A DNA stretch of 64,000 bases from Mesorhizobium sp. (GTDB lineage: Bacteria > Pseudomonadota > Alphaproteobacteria > Rhizobiales > Rhizobiaceae): the NCBI GenBank assembly GCA_051954615.1, contig JBQCHN010000096.1, positions 17,030 to 81,029 of the forward strand, in the 5' to 3' direction. Below, in pieces: positions 1 to 9,731 of this stretch (within the stretch, counting starts at the first letter, position 1; each line of letters begins with the position of its first letter). The position numbers and the translations under genes were made by a program. The notes beneath the pieces are model-generated. The model ran no database searches. It saw only the letters and a list, made by a program, of their open reading frames with translations, and had not been told where the DNA came from.

Positions 1-2
1 CG

Positions 3-827
3 CTGCGGAAGAAGCGTGCTCCGGGTTTGTGGGCGGCGTTGGAAATCATCTTCATGTATTTGTATGGCGGTCGGCAGCCTGCATCGGGCCTTGTGAAGGA
101 GCTGAAGTCTATCTTGACCTCGGCCGATCTCATCAAGGGCGTCAATCGCGCGGCCATGGACGGCCATCATTTTCAAGGGGCGGTGTCGCTGATCGCCAAG
201 CACAGCGCCTTGGATGCTGCCTTTGCCGTCTCGATGGTGAAGCAGATTGTCAGGCTGGCGACGCGCGCGGGCAGCGACGTGTTTTTCGCGTTGGATGACC
301 CGGCACGGGCCGTGCTCAAGCAAATCATGGCAAGCCGTCCATCCGAAGCCTGGTCGGTTCTCTCCGAAGCGCTTGAGGCCGAGGATGGCAATCGCCGCCG
401 CCTGGACCGGCTGCTCGATCATGACCGTGACGATTGGCTTGGACCTGGGCTCTTCTATGAGCTTCCAGCCGACATGTATCTGAAATGGATACAGGCCGAC
501 CCAGAGCAGCGGGCATCAAAGGCGATATCCTGGCTGCCAATTGCCGAGAAACAGCATGATGGGACACTTCAGTGGCATCCCGCGCTTGTCCAGTTTATTG
601 CCGATTTCGGCGACCAACCGAATGTGTTGCGCGGTTTGACGCGCCGCCTTCACCCAAGCTCCTGGTCAGGTTCGTTGGCATCTTATCTCGAACCGGTCGT
701 TCCGATGGCCGCATCTTGGCAACGCCATCAGAACCCCAATGTGCGCGCCTGGGCCGGGGCGACAGTGGATTGGCTGCGCCGCTCAATTGATTCCGATGGG
801 AGCGAATATGACGAACCATACCGCTGA
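3..827 (+). CDS. hypothetical protein, C-terminal part (5' end lies outside window)
   Basis: Track ORF 27..827 begins at TTG, but the frame stays open back to nt 3. The sequence looks helical and I recognise no catalytic motif. Confidence 0.5.
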   Translation: MRKKRAPGLWAALEIIFMYLYGGRQPASGLVKELKSILTSADLIKGVNRAAMDGHHFQGAVSLIAKHSALDAAFAVSMVKQIVRLATRAGSDVFFALDDPARAVLKQIMASRPSEAWSVLSEALEAEDGNRRRLDRLLDHDRDDWLGPGLFYELPADMYLKWIQADPEQRASKAISWLPIAEKQHDGTLQWHPALVQFIADFGDQPNVLRGLTRRLHPSSWSGSLASYLEPVVPMAASWQRHQNPNVRAWAGATVDWLRRSIDSDGSEYDEPYR

Positions 828-1075
828 ACGGTCGCTTGCTGCAAACTTCGCCTGATGGCAGACCGGCCGCTTCCGGCCCCTGACCTGCCAGAATGAATCC
901 TTCCCGAGATGGACGATCAAAGGATTCGTATAGGTCTCGGTTGGGGTGGGAAACGGACTGGCAGGTTTCGGTCGGACGGCTTGAATGAGCGGACGTTCGC
1001 AACTCACGCCGGTTAGGCCCATAGGACGCGATCTTCAGGCAGGCCTTCGCAGCAAATGCTATACTGTAGGGCGTC

Positions 1076-2149
1076 ATGAGAATTGAACGCACTGGCCCCA
1101 TCCCAAAACTGACGCCTCGCCTCGAGCGTTTTTTCATCGAAGCGCTCGGCGGCAAATCGTTGGATGCACTTCAGCACCCAGAGGCTCGCAAGGCGGACTT
1201 TCAGTGTCTGCGCGGCCTGCTCGCGATTGAGCTCAAGAGCCTGGAAGAAGATGGTTCGGAGCGTATCGACAATCTTATGAACGAGATGCGCAAGCGGCCG
1301 GACTGGCCGCTTTTTCTTGGAGCCGCGCCAATAGATGCCATTTTCAAGCACCTCGATCAGCCTGACGAAGCGAGGCGCAAGCTGACCGACCGTATCGGAC
1401 GCGCGATCAAAAATCATATCCACAAAGCGAACAAGCAGCTTGGCGCGCACGCACAGGCGGTTTCGCGCCAAAACCTTATGCTGATGATGGTGATCGCGAA
1501 TGAAGACCATGAAATCTATGATCCGAACCTCGTCGGCGGGATTATCCAGCGTCACCTGTTGCGGCGCGAGAACGGCGTTCTGCTCCACCCCCACATCGAT
1601 GCGGTGATTTTCCTGTCTGAGCGTCACGCGGCGGCCGTCGGCGAGCAACTGACATTTGCCGTGATGTGCATCGAGGCAGCATCCGTCGAGACTGATACTT
1701 GGAAAGGCGATGTGATAGAATTGTTTCTGCAACGCTGGGCAAAATGGAATGGCCAGCCGCTTCTGCACGCTGAGCCTGAAAGCATTAAATTTGAAGCCGT
1801 CGATCATATTCCCGAGCAGATGGCCCGCTATGAAAAGTGGGAGCTTGATTATAAGCGCAACCGCTACATGCAGCATTTCACGCGAGATCAACTTCGAGAT
1901 CGCTTCGACGAAGTCAACTGCGTGTCGGTTCTGCGATTCATCAAAGCGTCACCGATGAAGCCCCCGGACCAGGCGGTGGCATGGTGCATGTCGTCGCTTT
2001 CTCACATCATGCTGGAGATGGGCTGGCGAGCAATCCCTGCGACGGAGTTTCGGCTGGAGCCACTACGCCTTGCGCGCGCCGCACAACGTCTAGGCCTGCC
2101 TAGCGACGCAGTGCTATGGTTCGAAATGGATATGGGTCGCGTGGCATAG
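1076..2149 (+). CDS. hypothetical protein (357 aa) with weak PD-(D/E)xK-like D..ELK motif
   Basis: Long ATG-initiated ORF with the motif KADFQCLRGLLAIELK near the N-terminus. The antisense ORF 1013..1891 is judged a shadow. Confidence 0.6.
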   Translation: MRIERTGPIPKLTPRLERFFIEALGGKSLDALQHPEARKADFQCLRGLLAIELKSLEEDGSERIDNLMNEMRKRPDWPLFLGAAPIDAIFKHLDQPDEARRKLTDRIGRAIKNHIHKANKQLGAHAQAVSRQNLMLMMVIANEDHEIYDPNLVGGIIQRHLLRRENGVLLHPHIDAVIFLSERHAAAVGEQLTFAVMCIEAASVETDTWKGDVIELFLQRWAKWNGQPLLHAEPESIKFEAVDHIPEQMARYEKWELDYKRNRYMQHFTRDQLRDRFDEVNCVSVLRFIKASPMKPPDQAVAWCMSSLSHIMLEMGWRAIPATEFRLEPLRLARAAQRLGLPSDAVLWFEMDMGRVA

Positions 2150-2627
2150 GAACTGCATTGTGCACAACGCCTAAGCAAGTCAGCAGCGAAACGGCAACTT
2201 CTCCGTACGCAATCTTGAATGCGGACAGTCCGCGCCCGGCCTCGAACAACCGAAGCAGGATGCCAAATTGATGTCGGCTTTCGGCAAGTCGCTATTGAAC
2301 GACGAATGACCGGGATGAGGGTCGAAAGCGGTCTAGGCAAACTTTGCCCGTTGAACCGAATTGGAACGGCAGCTTACCGCCGAGCGCTTGCCACGACCGG
2401 ACCGTCCCGGACACGGCCCCCATACCGTCATTCGGCGGCACTAGAATACTCTCAAAAGCTGCCGTCATTTTCGGTTCTCGGCCTCGATGTGAGCAACGGC
2501 GATATCTAATGGAACACCGTACGAAGCCTTCGATGTCGCCCTCACGCGGGACTATACAGGATCCCTCGCCGAACTGACTTGCAAAGGATTCGATCATTCC
2601 ATGAATTCTTTGCACACAGGGACTCCA

Positions 2628-3299
2628 CTAGATGGAATCCTTGGCGCTTGGATTTGGGATAGGCTTCCCCGAAAACCAGTAGCCGTCACCGACGTTCTGG
2701 AACTCGTCAGAGCTCCACATAACCTTAGCTATCCGCTTAATAGGCACTTTCGAGTCGATGGAGATTCCTGCTTGTCTTAATAGGTCCCATATCTCAGCCC
2801 TATTCAAAGGTCTTCCGGCTTCTTTCAAGGCTTGTCGGGCGAATTTACGGATAATGCTCGCGGCGCTATTTTCATGCACGCCTTCGATCTCCCCGTCGCT
2901 TCGCTTCTCTTCTAAATTGTTCAAAGGTTTAGCAATGCGACCATTTTTAGGTTGTGAAGGAGCGGTCTTTTGCCTTCTCAGTGCTCGCAACGCGTCCTTA
3001 AGTCGTGCGAGGTCAGCTTCACCCCGACGCACCTCTCGTTCGCAAGCGGCGATCGCCGAGATGAGCTGCTCTTCCATATTTTGAACGGTCACCCCCGTCA
3101 TGGCAGAAATAGATTTCCCTCTCCGAGGATCCGGATTCCCTTCTGAGAAAGATTGGTATCCATATGTGGACATGGAGTCTCGAATCGCGTAGATGTTAAT
3201 ACAGGCTCCACTTATCGGAAGTCGAGCGATTTCAGTGACCGTACCCTGTTCCCGTGTGCGACACCAAATAGGACAGGATAAAATCATGAATCTATCCAA
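2628..3299 (-). CDS. coiled-coil protein with C-terminal winged-helix (HARE-HTH-like) domain; start uncertain (TTG 3299, ATG 3287 or ATG 3173)
   Basis: The C-terminus reads IIRKFARQALKEAGRPLNRAEIWDLLRQAGI...VGDGYWF, the pattern of HARE-type wHTH modules. The central segment ADLARLKDALRALRRQ looks like coiled coil. Confidence 0.6.
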   Translation of the reverse strand: MDRFMILSCPIWCRTREQGTVTEIARLPISGACINIYAIRDSMSTYGYQSFSEGNPDPRRGKSISAMTGVTVQNMEEQLISAIAACEREVRRGEADLARLKDALRALRRQKTAPSQPKNGRIAKPLNNLEEKRSDGEIEGVHENSAASIIRKFARQALKEAGRPLNRAEIWDLLRQAGISIDSKVPIKRIAKVMWSSDEFQNVGDGYWFSGKPIPNPSAKDSI

Positions 3300-3376
3300 A
3301 GATTAGCACCAATTCGCAGCTACCCAAAGGATTCGTAGCGCGCACTTTCGCTGTGCGTGACTTTTCGACGACTCAT

Positions 3377-3439
3377 TGTTGTGTCGTTTGGGATTCTGGT
3401 CGCTGCTGGATAAGGTCAATCTGCCGCTTGGATTATATG
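3377..3439 (+). repeat. candidate right-end transposase (TnsB) binding-site array
   Basis: Three similar sites: tgttgtgtCGTTtgGGATT (3377-3395), gtCGCTgctGGATAagg (3398-3415) and gcCGCTtGGATTat (3422-3439). They lie between the outside gene and the tnsA ATG at 3488. Confidence 0.35.
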
Positions 3440-3487
3440 AGGATTCCCTCAGGCGGCCAGTCTTGGGCTGCCGGGCGGCGTGCCGAT

Positions 3488-4429
3488 ATGAAGCTGTGCA
3501 TGAGTGAAAAAGCGCGGCCTGCACTAATAAATCCAATGAGGCAGCAAATGTATTCTGTGAGTTTAGAAGGTAATGGCGGACAATTTGAGAGAGATGAACC
3601 GTCTGCGCTTATTTCGATTGGAACGAGATCCGAGACTCCGGCCGCGGTCATCGTCTGGTCGGAAGATGGCGGCCCCTTGCGTCGCATTGTCAATGGACGT
3701 GCGCGCAAACCCACGGGAGTAGAGCCCTGTATGAAAGCTGGGGGCAGGGGAATGCCTTGGGAATCCGAAAAGGCTGAATTCCCGGCGCTATTGCTGGCCG
3801 AGGTGGGATCTCCGGTAATCGATCTACTCGCCCAGCCTCATCGATTGGAAATGTCAGTTGTTGGTCGGCGGCAGCGCATGGTCTATTTCCCAGATCTATT
3901 ACTAACCGTCGAGGAAGGCTTTCTGCATTTGCTGACGAAGGGTGTGCCCTTCGGCCGCGCCGTCGTTGAATGGAGACCTGATCCCCGCCGCTGTCCGCAT
4001 CCCAGCAAACTTGTCGTGGAAGTAAAGGACGACGCCGACGGCAGGATGAATGACCCAATCTATAGGGAGAAGCTACGCCTCGCCCGCGAGGTCTACGCTA
4101 TAGCTGGCTATAGCTTCATTCAGATAGTCCGTTCTGTCGACATCGACTGCGTTGACAGGCGAATTATCAACGACGTTCTGTTGGATAAGCGTACGGTCAT
4201 CACTGCAAGCGAAGTTGGGCGGGCGGTTCGTTACCTGCGTTCTCAAGGCGGCCGAGGAACATTGGGTGGCCTAATCGACGTGCTTGGTGGTGGAACGTTG
4301 GCGAGGGCTGTGGCGAAAGCCCTGCATGTGAGGCGCATTTTATCAATCGATCTCACAGGTCCTCTCCAGCACTCAAGTTGGGTGTGGCTCATTCGGCCCT
4401 ATGGGTTGGAGGGATGCTATGCGAACTAA
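3488..4429 (+). CDS. tnsA: TnsA-like transposition endonuclease
   Basis: The motif set WESEKAEFPALLLAEVGSPV..LAQPHRLE..YFPDLLL..VVEVKDD matches the TnsA restriction-endonuclease-fold N-domain. The track ORF starts at 3353, but ATG 3488 sits downstream of the putative end sites. Confidence 0.85.
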   Translation: MKLCMSEKARPALINPMRQQMYSVSLEGNGGQFERDEPSALISIGTRSETPAAVIVWSEDGGPLRRIVNGRARKPTGVEPCMKAGGRGMPWESEKAEFPALLLAEVGSPVIDLLAQPHRLEMSVVGRRQRMVYFPDLLLTVEEGFLHLLTKGVPFGRAVVEWRPDPRRCPHPSKLVVEVKDDADGRMNDPIYREKLRLAREVYAIAGYSFIQIVRSVDIDCVDRRIINDVLLDKRTVITASEVGRAVRYLRSQGGRGTLGGLIDVLGGGTLARAVAKALHVRRILSIDLTGPLQHSSWVWLIRPYGLEGCYAN

Positions 4430-6689
4430 GATCGATGCGAAGATAGGGGAGACATACGTCTTCGTCCATGATGAGCCGAACCGATTGTATTGGCTGAAAG
4501 CTGTTACACCGAAAGGCAAATTTGTATTCTTTGATGAAGGTGGACATAGGAAGACCGTTGATCCCGTCGCATTCGAGCGAATGCGCGGCGATGGCCATGC
4601 CCGGCGTGTCCACCGCACGGGGATCACCGAAAGGGGTTTGCTTCCTCGGCACATCAATCCAAGCGTATTTATGGATCCCGCAGAAGACGCCAAATCACAG
4701 GGCGAAATCAACCGACGCAGAAAAGATGCGCGGACCCTCGATGAAGCCAGGACGCTCTATTTTTACACCAAACTGCTTGCTGAAAGCCCGGGTGTAACCT
4801 TCCACGTACCTGCCTTGCAGAGATTTATCGACGATAACTGCGCAGATGCTGAGGCAGAAGGACTGTATTGGAAACCCTCCCCCAGTGCGTTGAAGCGAGT
4901 TATCGATAAACACGGAGGTAAAGCAGAAGGCATTACGTTTGCTGCGATCTATGACCAGCGGAGGAAATGGTCACCAAGACAATGCTGGGATTCGCCGATC
5001 GTGAAAATGCGCAACAAAGTCGTGAAGTTCTATTGGTCGGATCGAGAACCGCCCTGCACCCTCACGGAAGCGCACGCATTTTTCTTCGCCACGATGATCA
5101 GGCTCAACAGGCGGCGTATCCGAGCAGGAATGGAGCCGTATAAAGTTCCGGTCCCTCAGACAGTTACCAACTGGATCGCGAAAGCGAATTCTAAGGCGAA
5201 TTTTGCTAGGCGGCATGGCCCCGATGAAGCAAGGCGCAAGATGGGCGCACGCGGACGCTCTACGGAGGTAAGCAGAGCGCTTGAGGTCGTTTTGATGGAC
5301 AATACTCAGGTGGATGTGTGGGCTGTCGTGCGTTCACCTGACGGGCAGATTATCGACCGCGTCAGACCGTGGCTGACTCTTGCCGTTGACGTCTATTCTC
5401 GGATGATTGTCGGCGTGCATCTTTCACTTGAGCCGGCGTCGCTGTCATCGGCTCTGGAATGTCTGAAACAGGTGGTGCGCCGTAAGGAACAGTTGATCAA
5501 GCGCTTTCCTGAATGTCCGGAAGCGGCAGACTGCTGGGGTCGAGTAGGCACCCTTATTGTAGATAACGGGTTAGATTTTGCGGCGCTGAGTTTCAGGGTT
5601 GCATGCGAATATGCCGGCATATCGCTTCGTTTCGCACCGGTGCGCACCCCCGAGTACAAGGGGATCGTCGAAAGGACATTTGGCACTCTTAACACCAGCC
5701 TCTGGCACCGACTTCCTGGGGGCATAGCTGAGACACCACAGGAGAGATCAAGGCTGCGCAAGGATCCTCGAGACCATGCTCATTTCACAGTGGAGGAACT
5801 CGAGCATCGCATGTGGGGCACCATAGTCCCGATACTCGGAATGAGTCCGCACACCCAGACCGGAGTTGCTCCCGCTAAACGCTTCTTCGAGAGTATTCGT
5901 GCCCACGGTCGGCCGACAGTGGACGATATTAGTTCTTTCGATGCAATTCTAGGGCAAACGAAGCGGTGCCTCCTCACCGCTGAAGGTATTCGATTCGACA
6001 ACCACAGATTCCACGATCCCGTCCTAACTAGCGAGTTGCTTGAGGACATGCTGTCGGATGCCAAAGAACGAGGACAGAGGAAGGTCGGTTCTTCCGCCAC
6101 CGTGTGGGTCTGGGCTCTAGCAACGCGGGAGGATTGCAGCCAGGCGATCGTGTATAATACTAAGAGGAAGGAGGCCGTGAGGCTTCCAAACTGGGACCCG
6201 GACATTCGGCCCTTAACTTCGTACAAGGAGGCATCGCTCCAAAGAGCACACAAGGATGCCGCGAACGAAGCCTATTTCTCCAGTGACGATCGGTGGCTCG
6301 CCCGAGACAGGGAGAGACGATCCCGTGAGGTTCCCAAGGCGAGAAAGCTACCTCGGAAGCCAAGAGAATTCTCCGAGATTGTACCTGCTGGCGGATTGCA
6401 GTTGATAGATGGAGCCGTAATCGAGGAGCGCTCGGTCGCACCGTCTGTCTCGGGGAGTCGCCCTGTCGATGTTCCGGGACGCATGCCCTTACACGAGCGG
6501 GTCGATGATCTCATTCCTCCGAAGGACCAACCAAGAGGGCGGGCGTCTTCCCGTAAGAGGAAGGCCGTCCGTGCCGCACCTAGAGGAAATGATGCGCTGC
6601 CGTTAGATAATATAGCTCCTGTACGCCCCTCTCAGTTCCGCATAGATGACCCAACCGCTTTTATGGCAAGTCTCGAGAGTGGAAAATGA
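4419..6689 (+). CDS. tnsB: TnsB-like DDE (retroviral-integrase-fold) transposase
   Basis: DDE triad context: LMDNTQVDVW, LIVDNGLDFAA, KGIVERTFGTLN. ATG 4419 is preceded by GGAGGG. The gene overlaps the tnsA stop (4429). Confidence 0.9.
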   Translation: MRTKIDAKIGETYVFVHDEPNRLYWLKAVTPKGKFVFFDEGGHRKTVDPVAFERMRGDGHARRVHRTGITERGLLPRHINPSVFMDPAEDAKSQGEINRRRKDARTLDEARTLYFYTKLLAESPGVTFHVPALQRFIDDNCADAEAEGLYWKPSPSALKRVIDKHGGKAEGITFAAIYDQRRKWSPRQCWDSPIVKMRNKVVKFYWSDREPPCTLTEAHAFFFATMIRLNRRRIRAGMEPYKVPVPQTVTNWIAKANSKANFARRHGPDEARRKMGARGRSTEVSRALEVVLMDNTQVDVWAVVRSPDGQIIDRVRPWLTLAVDVYSRMIVGVHLSLEPASLSSALECLKQVVRRKEQLIKRFPECPEAADCWGRVGTLIVDNGLDFAALSFRVACEYAGISLRFAPVRTPEYKGIVERTFGTLNTSLWHRLPGGIAETPQERSRLRKDPRDHAHFTVEELEHRMWGTIVPILGMSPHTQTGVAPAKRFFESIRAHGRPTVDDISSFDAILGQTKRCLLTAEGIRFDNHRFHDPVLTSELLEDMLSDAKERGQRKVGSSATVWVWALATREDCSQAIVYNTKRKEAVRLPNWDPDIRPLTSYKEASLQRAHKDAANEAYFSSDDRWLARDRERRSREVPKARKLPRKPREFSEIVPAGGLQLIDGAVIEERSVAPSVSGSRPVDVPGRMPLHERVDDLIPPKDQPRGRASSRKRKAVRAAPRGNDALPLDNIAPVRPSQFRIDDPTAFMASLESGK

Positions 6690-7708
6690 TTTCCATCTTC
6701 AAGCCGCCAACCGACGGTCAGATACTTTCTGCCTTCGACGAGATGTTGATCTGCCACAAGAGAGCGCAACAGGCACAGTCAATATTTGACTCCCTGAGGG
6801 AGGCCAAACGCTTATCGCCAAACACGCCTAAGAATTGGGTCGCGCTCTTCGCTCCAAGCTTTAGCGGAAAAACCCGGGCCGTCATGCTCTACATGGAACG
6901 CGTGATAGATGACGCGATCGCATCGGGTCGCTTCCCGCCGGAAATGACAAGAAATGAAATCGGAAAGGCTCAGACCAAAGTCATCTACCTCTCCATTCCG
7001 TCATCGAACGTTACTCAGAAGACGGTAATCACGATGTTGCTCGCGCGGTTGGGCGATCCGCTACCGGACAAGGGGAATACCGGCCAGCAGTTACAGCGCC
7101 TCTATGAGTTGATGCATAAGCTCGGCGTGGAGTTGGTGATCCTGGACGAGATGCAGCACTTGAGCGCAGCGATGCGCGAAGGGGCGCGGTCGCGCTCGAA
7201 GGATGGTCAGTACGCTCCGATTCCATATTTGATCAAGACGCTCCTCGATAACGGCCATGTTCCGATAGTTTGCATCGGGATAACTGAAGGAAGGAGTCAC
7301 TTGATGAGCAACAATGAACTCAGAAATAGATGCTTTAAGGAGTTAGATTTCTTACCAATTAAACCAGATAGCATTGATATGCTGGAAGTACTCGCGAAAT
7401 ATTTTGGAATGCTTGCGAATAAAATTGTTGAATATGGGCTTTTCCCGGATGTTCCTGATTTTATTTCTGGCGAGATCCCGGATTGTTTTGTGGATGTGTC
7501 GGGCGGCAAGATCGGTGAAGCCACTATGTTGGCACGAAGCGCCTGCTGTTTCGCAGCTCATCGAGGAGCGCGTTGCGTGGAATATGAGGACCTCGAAGCC
7601 GCTACGGACGAGGCGATTGCTGCAGGTAAGGTCAAGATCAATTTTTTCCGTCTGCGCAGGGAGAAGAAGGAGAGGGAAAGGGAACGGGAACTGGAAATGG
7701 CGGGATGA
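6686..7708 (+). CDS. tnsC: TnsC/TniB-like AAA+ transposition ATPase
   Basis: Walker A APSFSGKTRAV and Walker B LVILDEMQHL. There is a 4-nt overlap with tnsB and with tniQ. Confidence 0.88.
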   Translation: MISIFKPPTDGQILSAFDEMLICHKRAQQAQSIFDSLREAKRLSPNTPKNWVALFAPSFSGKTRAVMLYMERVIDDAIASGRFPPEMTRNEIGKAQTKVIYLSIPSSNVTQKTVITMLLARLGDPLPDKGNTGQQLQRLYELMHKLGVELVILDEMQHLSAAMREGARSRSKDGQYAPIPYLIKTLLDNGHVPIVCIGITEGRSHLMSNNELRNRCFKELDFLPIKPDSIDMLEVLAKYFGMLANKIVEYGLFPDVPDFISGEIPDCFVDVSGGKIGEATMLARSACCFAAHRGARCVEYEDLEAATDEAIAAGKVKINFFRLRREKKERERERELEMAG

Positions 7709-9714
7709 GTGGCTTGGCGGGAGAGTCTCAACGTGCAACTCGTGCACCCGGCATGGTTGAGGCCGTCTGGGACCGTGGACATCTCGCGATCCCGATTGCA
7801 CCCCTTCCGGGCGAAGGGCTTGCTGAGATGATTGTCCGCGCAACGGCCGAGAACAGCTACGGATGTTGCGCGACGATCACGAACGCTCTCGGGATCCGTG
7901 GAAAGCTCCCTGTTGGGTTGGCGACAAGATTTCAAGCGCGAGAAAAGGCGTTGGCTTCCTTGCTCGGTATTCCAGGCGAAGGCGAAAGCTTGAGGAGCCT
8001 ATTGTACCTACCGATGGAAGCGCGCACGGGTTGGCAATCGTTTTTTGGTACTTCCATACGGCAGATTTACCGTGAGGTTGCCGGGCGGCGCGTTTCGCCG
8101 CGAGCGTTGGCAATCTCCCCACATCTTAGGGCGATCTGGTCTGTTCGAATTTTCCCTTTCGATCCTCTAACCAAGGAAATGTTGATCAATCGATGCCCAG
8201 TTTGCTCCAAGTCCTTCGGATGGGCGAGGACGCGCGGGACTGTCTATTGTGATCAATGTCTGTCCATAGACGACCATGGTTGCGAACGAGGCATAGTCGA
8301 TCTGCGCGATTTTCCACAGCCTTTGGTAGATGAAAAGCATTGGGCTAAATTGGATATTCTGACGGGTCTTATTGATCCAGATCAGAGCATTCGCGCGGAT
8401 TTCAATCCACAGCTTCCTGAGGTTTTCAGGGTCTTTGATCGCGGCGAAATTTTTGAATTTGCGGTAGCGTTGGGATCCGCATTCGAGGGTCCGAGCAAAT
8501 CGCAATCATGTTATCTTAGCCGTGCTGCCAATAAGGAACAATGTTTGCGCTTTACGCCGGCCGCTCTGGCTAAGGTCGCAACAGCGCTCTTGGATTGGCC
8601 TGCAACATTCAACTCTGCAGTGGAAGCAACTCGAAATGACGCTTGGAACGATGCCGGCAACCTCCGGTGGCGAACGGTCTTTGGCTCATTCGCGCAACTA
8701 GCTATAGATCGCTTCATCCATCCTGGCCTGCAGAAATTGGTTCGAGGGGAGTTGGAACGGCACCTCGTGGGTTATCATAGTGAGATGCCTAGAATGAAGG
8801 GCGGTGTGAAGCGCCAAGATATGAACGCAGTTCCTATCTGCGTCGCCAGTGAAATCCTCAAGACGTCAAGGACGAGGATTAGCAGGCTGGTAAAACGCAA
8901 GAGGGTTTCCGCCATCACAACTGGCACGTCATCGAAGGCGTCTGTCCTCGTGTCGGTGCCACGGATCGCCGCTATCATCGCTGCAGATGCCGAACTCGTT
9001 TCAGTGGAAAGTGCAGCTTCCCGCTTGGGGCTTCCTGGGCTTGCTATACTTTCCCTAGTGGAGGACGGATTGTTGAGAAAGGGAGTCAACCATGAGGGCC
9101 AACACGTAGCTAAAACCGTAGCACGATGTTCGATAGACGAGTTGATTCGTACATTAGATGAGCGGCTGTGCCATTCTGCACCGCCGCCGAGAGTTCTCTC
9201 TCTTTTTTCTGCAGCCATCCTACTGGGTTCTCCCCGATCGAATCCTTGGCCTGACCTTCTGCAGTTGGTAATCCGGAAAAAGGTGACCGCATGGAAACGA
9301 AGGCTGCAGGGACCGGTGTCATCCTGCATCGCTGTCAATTTGAACGAAATAGAAGACCGGATAAGTTTGAAGAGACCATGGGCTTGTAAGGGCGACGCGA
9401 CTATATCTCACCGGGATGCCATCAGATTGCTGGGAACTAACGGAATGGTCCTGTATGCATTGTTTGACGCTGGTATACTCCCGCGCAAACTTCTGCTGTC
9501 CCATCTTCAGGCGTTTTCCAGTTCAAACGTCCTTACTGGGGAATTGCTGGATCAACTCACTGCCCGCGATATCTCGACGGTTCCCTACGCATTGATTCAA
9601 CATCTCCAAAAGCGAGGATTGCACGCCACCTCGGTGAAACGCGGCCTCGTGAGGCGCTGGATTTGGCCGCGTGCGAAAGCGGAAGCTGCCATAGGACATA
9701 TTTTAGTTGCCTAG
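7705..9714 (+). CDS. tniQ: TniQ/TnsD-family target-selection protein (669 aa)
   Basis: N-terminal TniQ pattern IPIAPLPGEGLAEMIVRATAEN and zinc module CPVCSKSFGW..YCDQC. Fourth gene of the overlapping tns operon. Confidence 0.85.
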   Translation: MSGLAGESQRATRAPGMVEAVWDRGHLAIPIAPLPGEGLAEMIVRATAENSYGCCATITNALGIRGKLPVGLATRFQAREKALASLLGIPGEGESLRSLLYLPMEARTGWQSFFGTSIRQIYREVAGRRVSPRALAISPHLRAIWSVRIFPFDPLTKEMLINRCPVCSKSFGWARTRGTVYCDQCLSIDDHGCERGIVDLRDFPQPLVDEKHWAKLDILTGLIDPDQSIRADFNPQLPEVFRVFDRGEIFEFAVALGSAFEGPSKSQSCYLSRAANKEQCLRFTPAALAKVATALLDWPATFNSAVEATRNDAWNDAGNLRWRTVFGSFAQLAIDRFIHPGLQKLVRGELERHLVGYHSEMPRMKGGVKRQDMNAVPICVASEILKTSRTRISRLVKRKRVSAITTGTSSKASVLVSVPRIAAIIAADAELVSVESAASRLGLPGLAILSLVEDGLLRKGVNHEGQHVAKTVARCSIDELIRTLDERLCHSAPPPRVLSLFSAAILLGSPRSNPWPDLLQLVIRKKVTAWKRRLQGPVSSCIAVNLNEIEDRISLKRPWACKGDATISHRDAIRLLGTNGMVLYALFDAGILPRKLLLSHLQAFSSSNVLTGELLDQLTARDISTVPYALIQHLQKRGLHATSVKRGLVRRWIWPRAKAEAAIGHILVA

Positions 9715-9730
9715 ATTGACAGGGAAGTCC
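9703..9730. repeat. repeat family copy A (TTAGTTGCCTAGATTGACAGGGAAGTCC), contains the tniQ stop codon
   Basis: Matches 19965-19992 at 26 of 28 positions in direct orientation. It fills the 17-nt gap between the convergent tniQ and the 841-aa gene. Confidence 0.8.
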
Positions 9731-9731
9731 G

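Noticed and set aside
28-36. TGTGGGCGG, identical to the first 9 nt of the canonical Tn7 terminus
   Set aside because: It lies inside an open reading frame 3.3 kb from tnsA. It has no adjacent TnsB-site-like repeats and no inverted partner that I could find. I treat it as coincidence.
1013-1891. Minus-strand ORF 1013..1891 (292 aa)
   Set aside because: It almost fully overlaps the + strand ORF 1076..2149, which is longer and has an ATG start in a sensible intergenic context. I could not support both.
3353-3487. The first 45 codons of track ORF 3353..4429 (GTG start) as part of tnsA
   Set aside because: This stretch overlaps the putative right-end binding sites and has no TnsA-like sequence. 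ATG 3488 gives a normal TnsA N-terminus.
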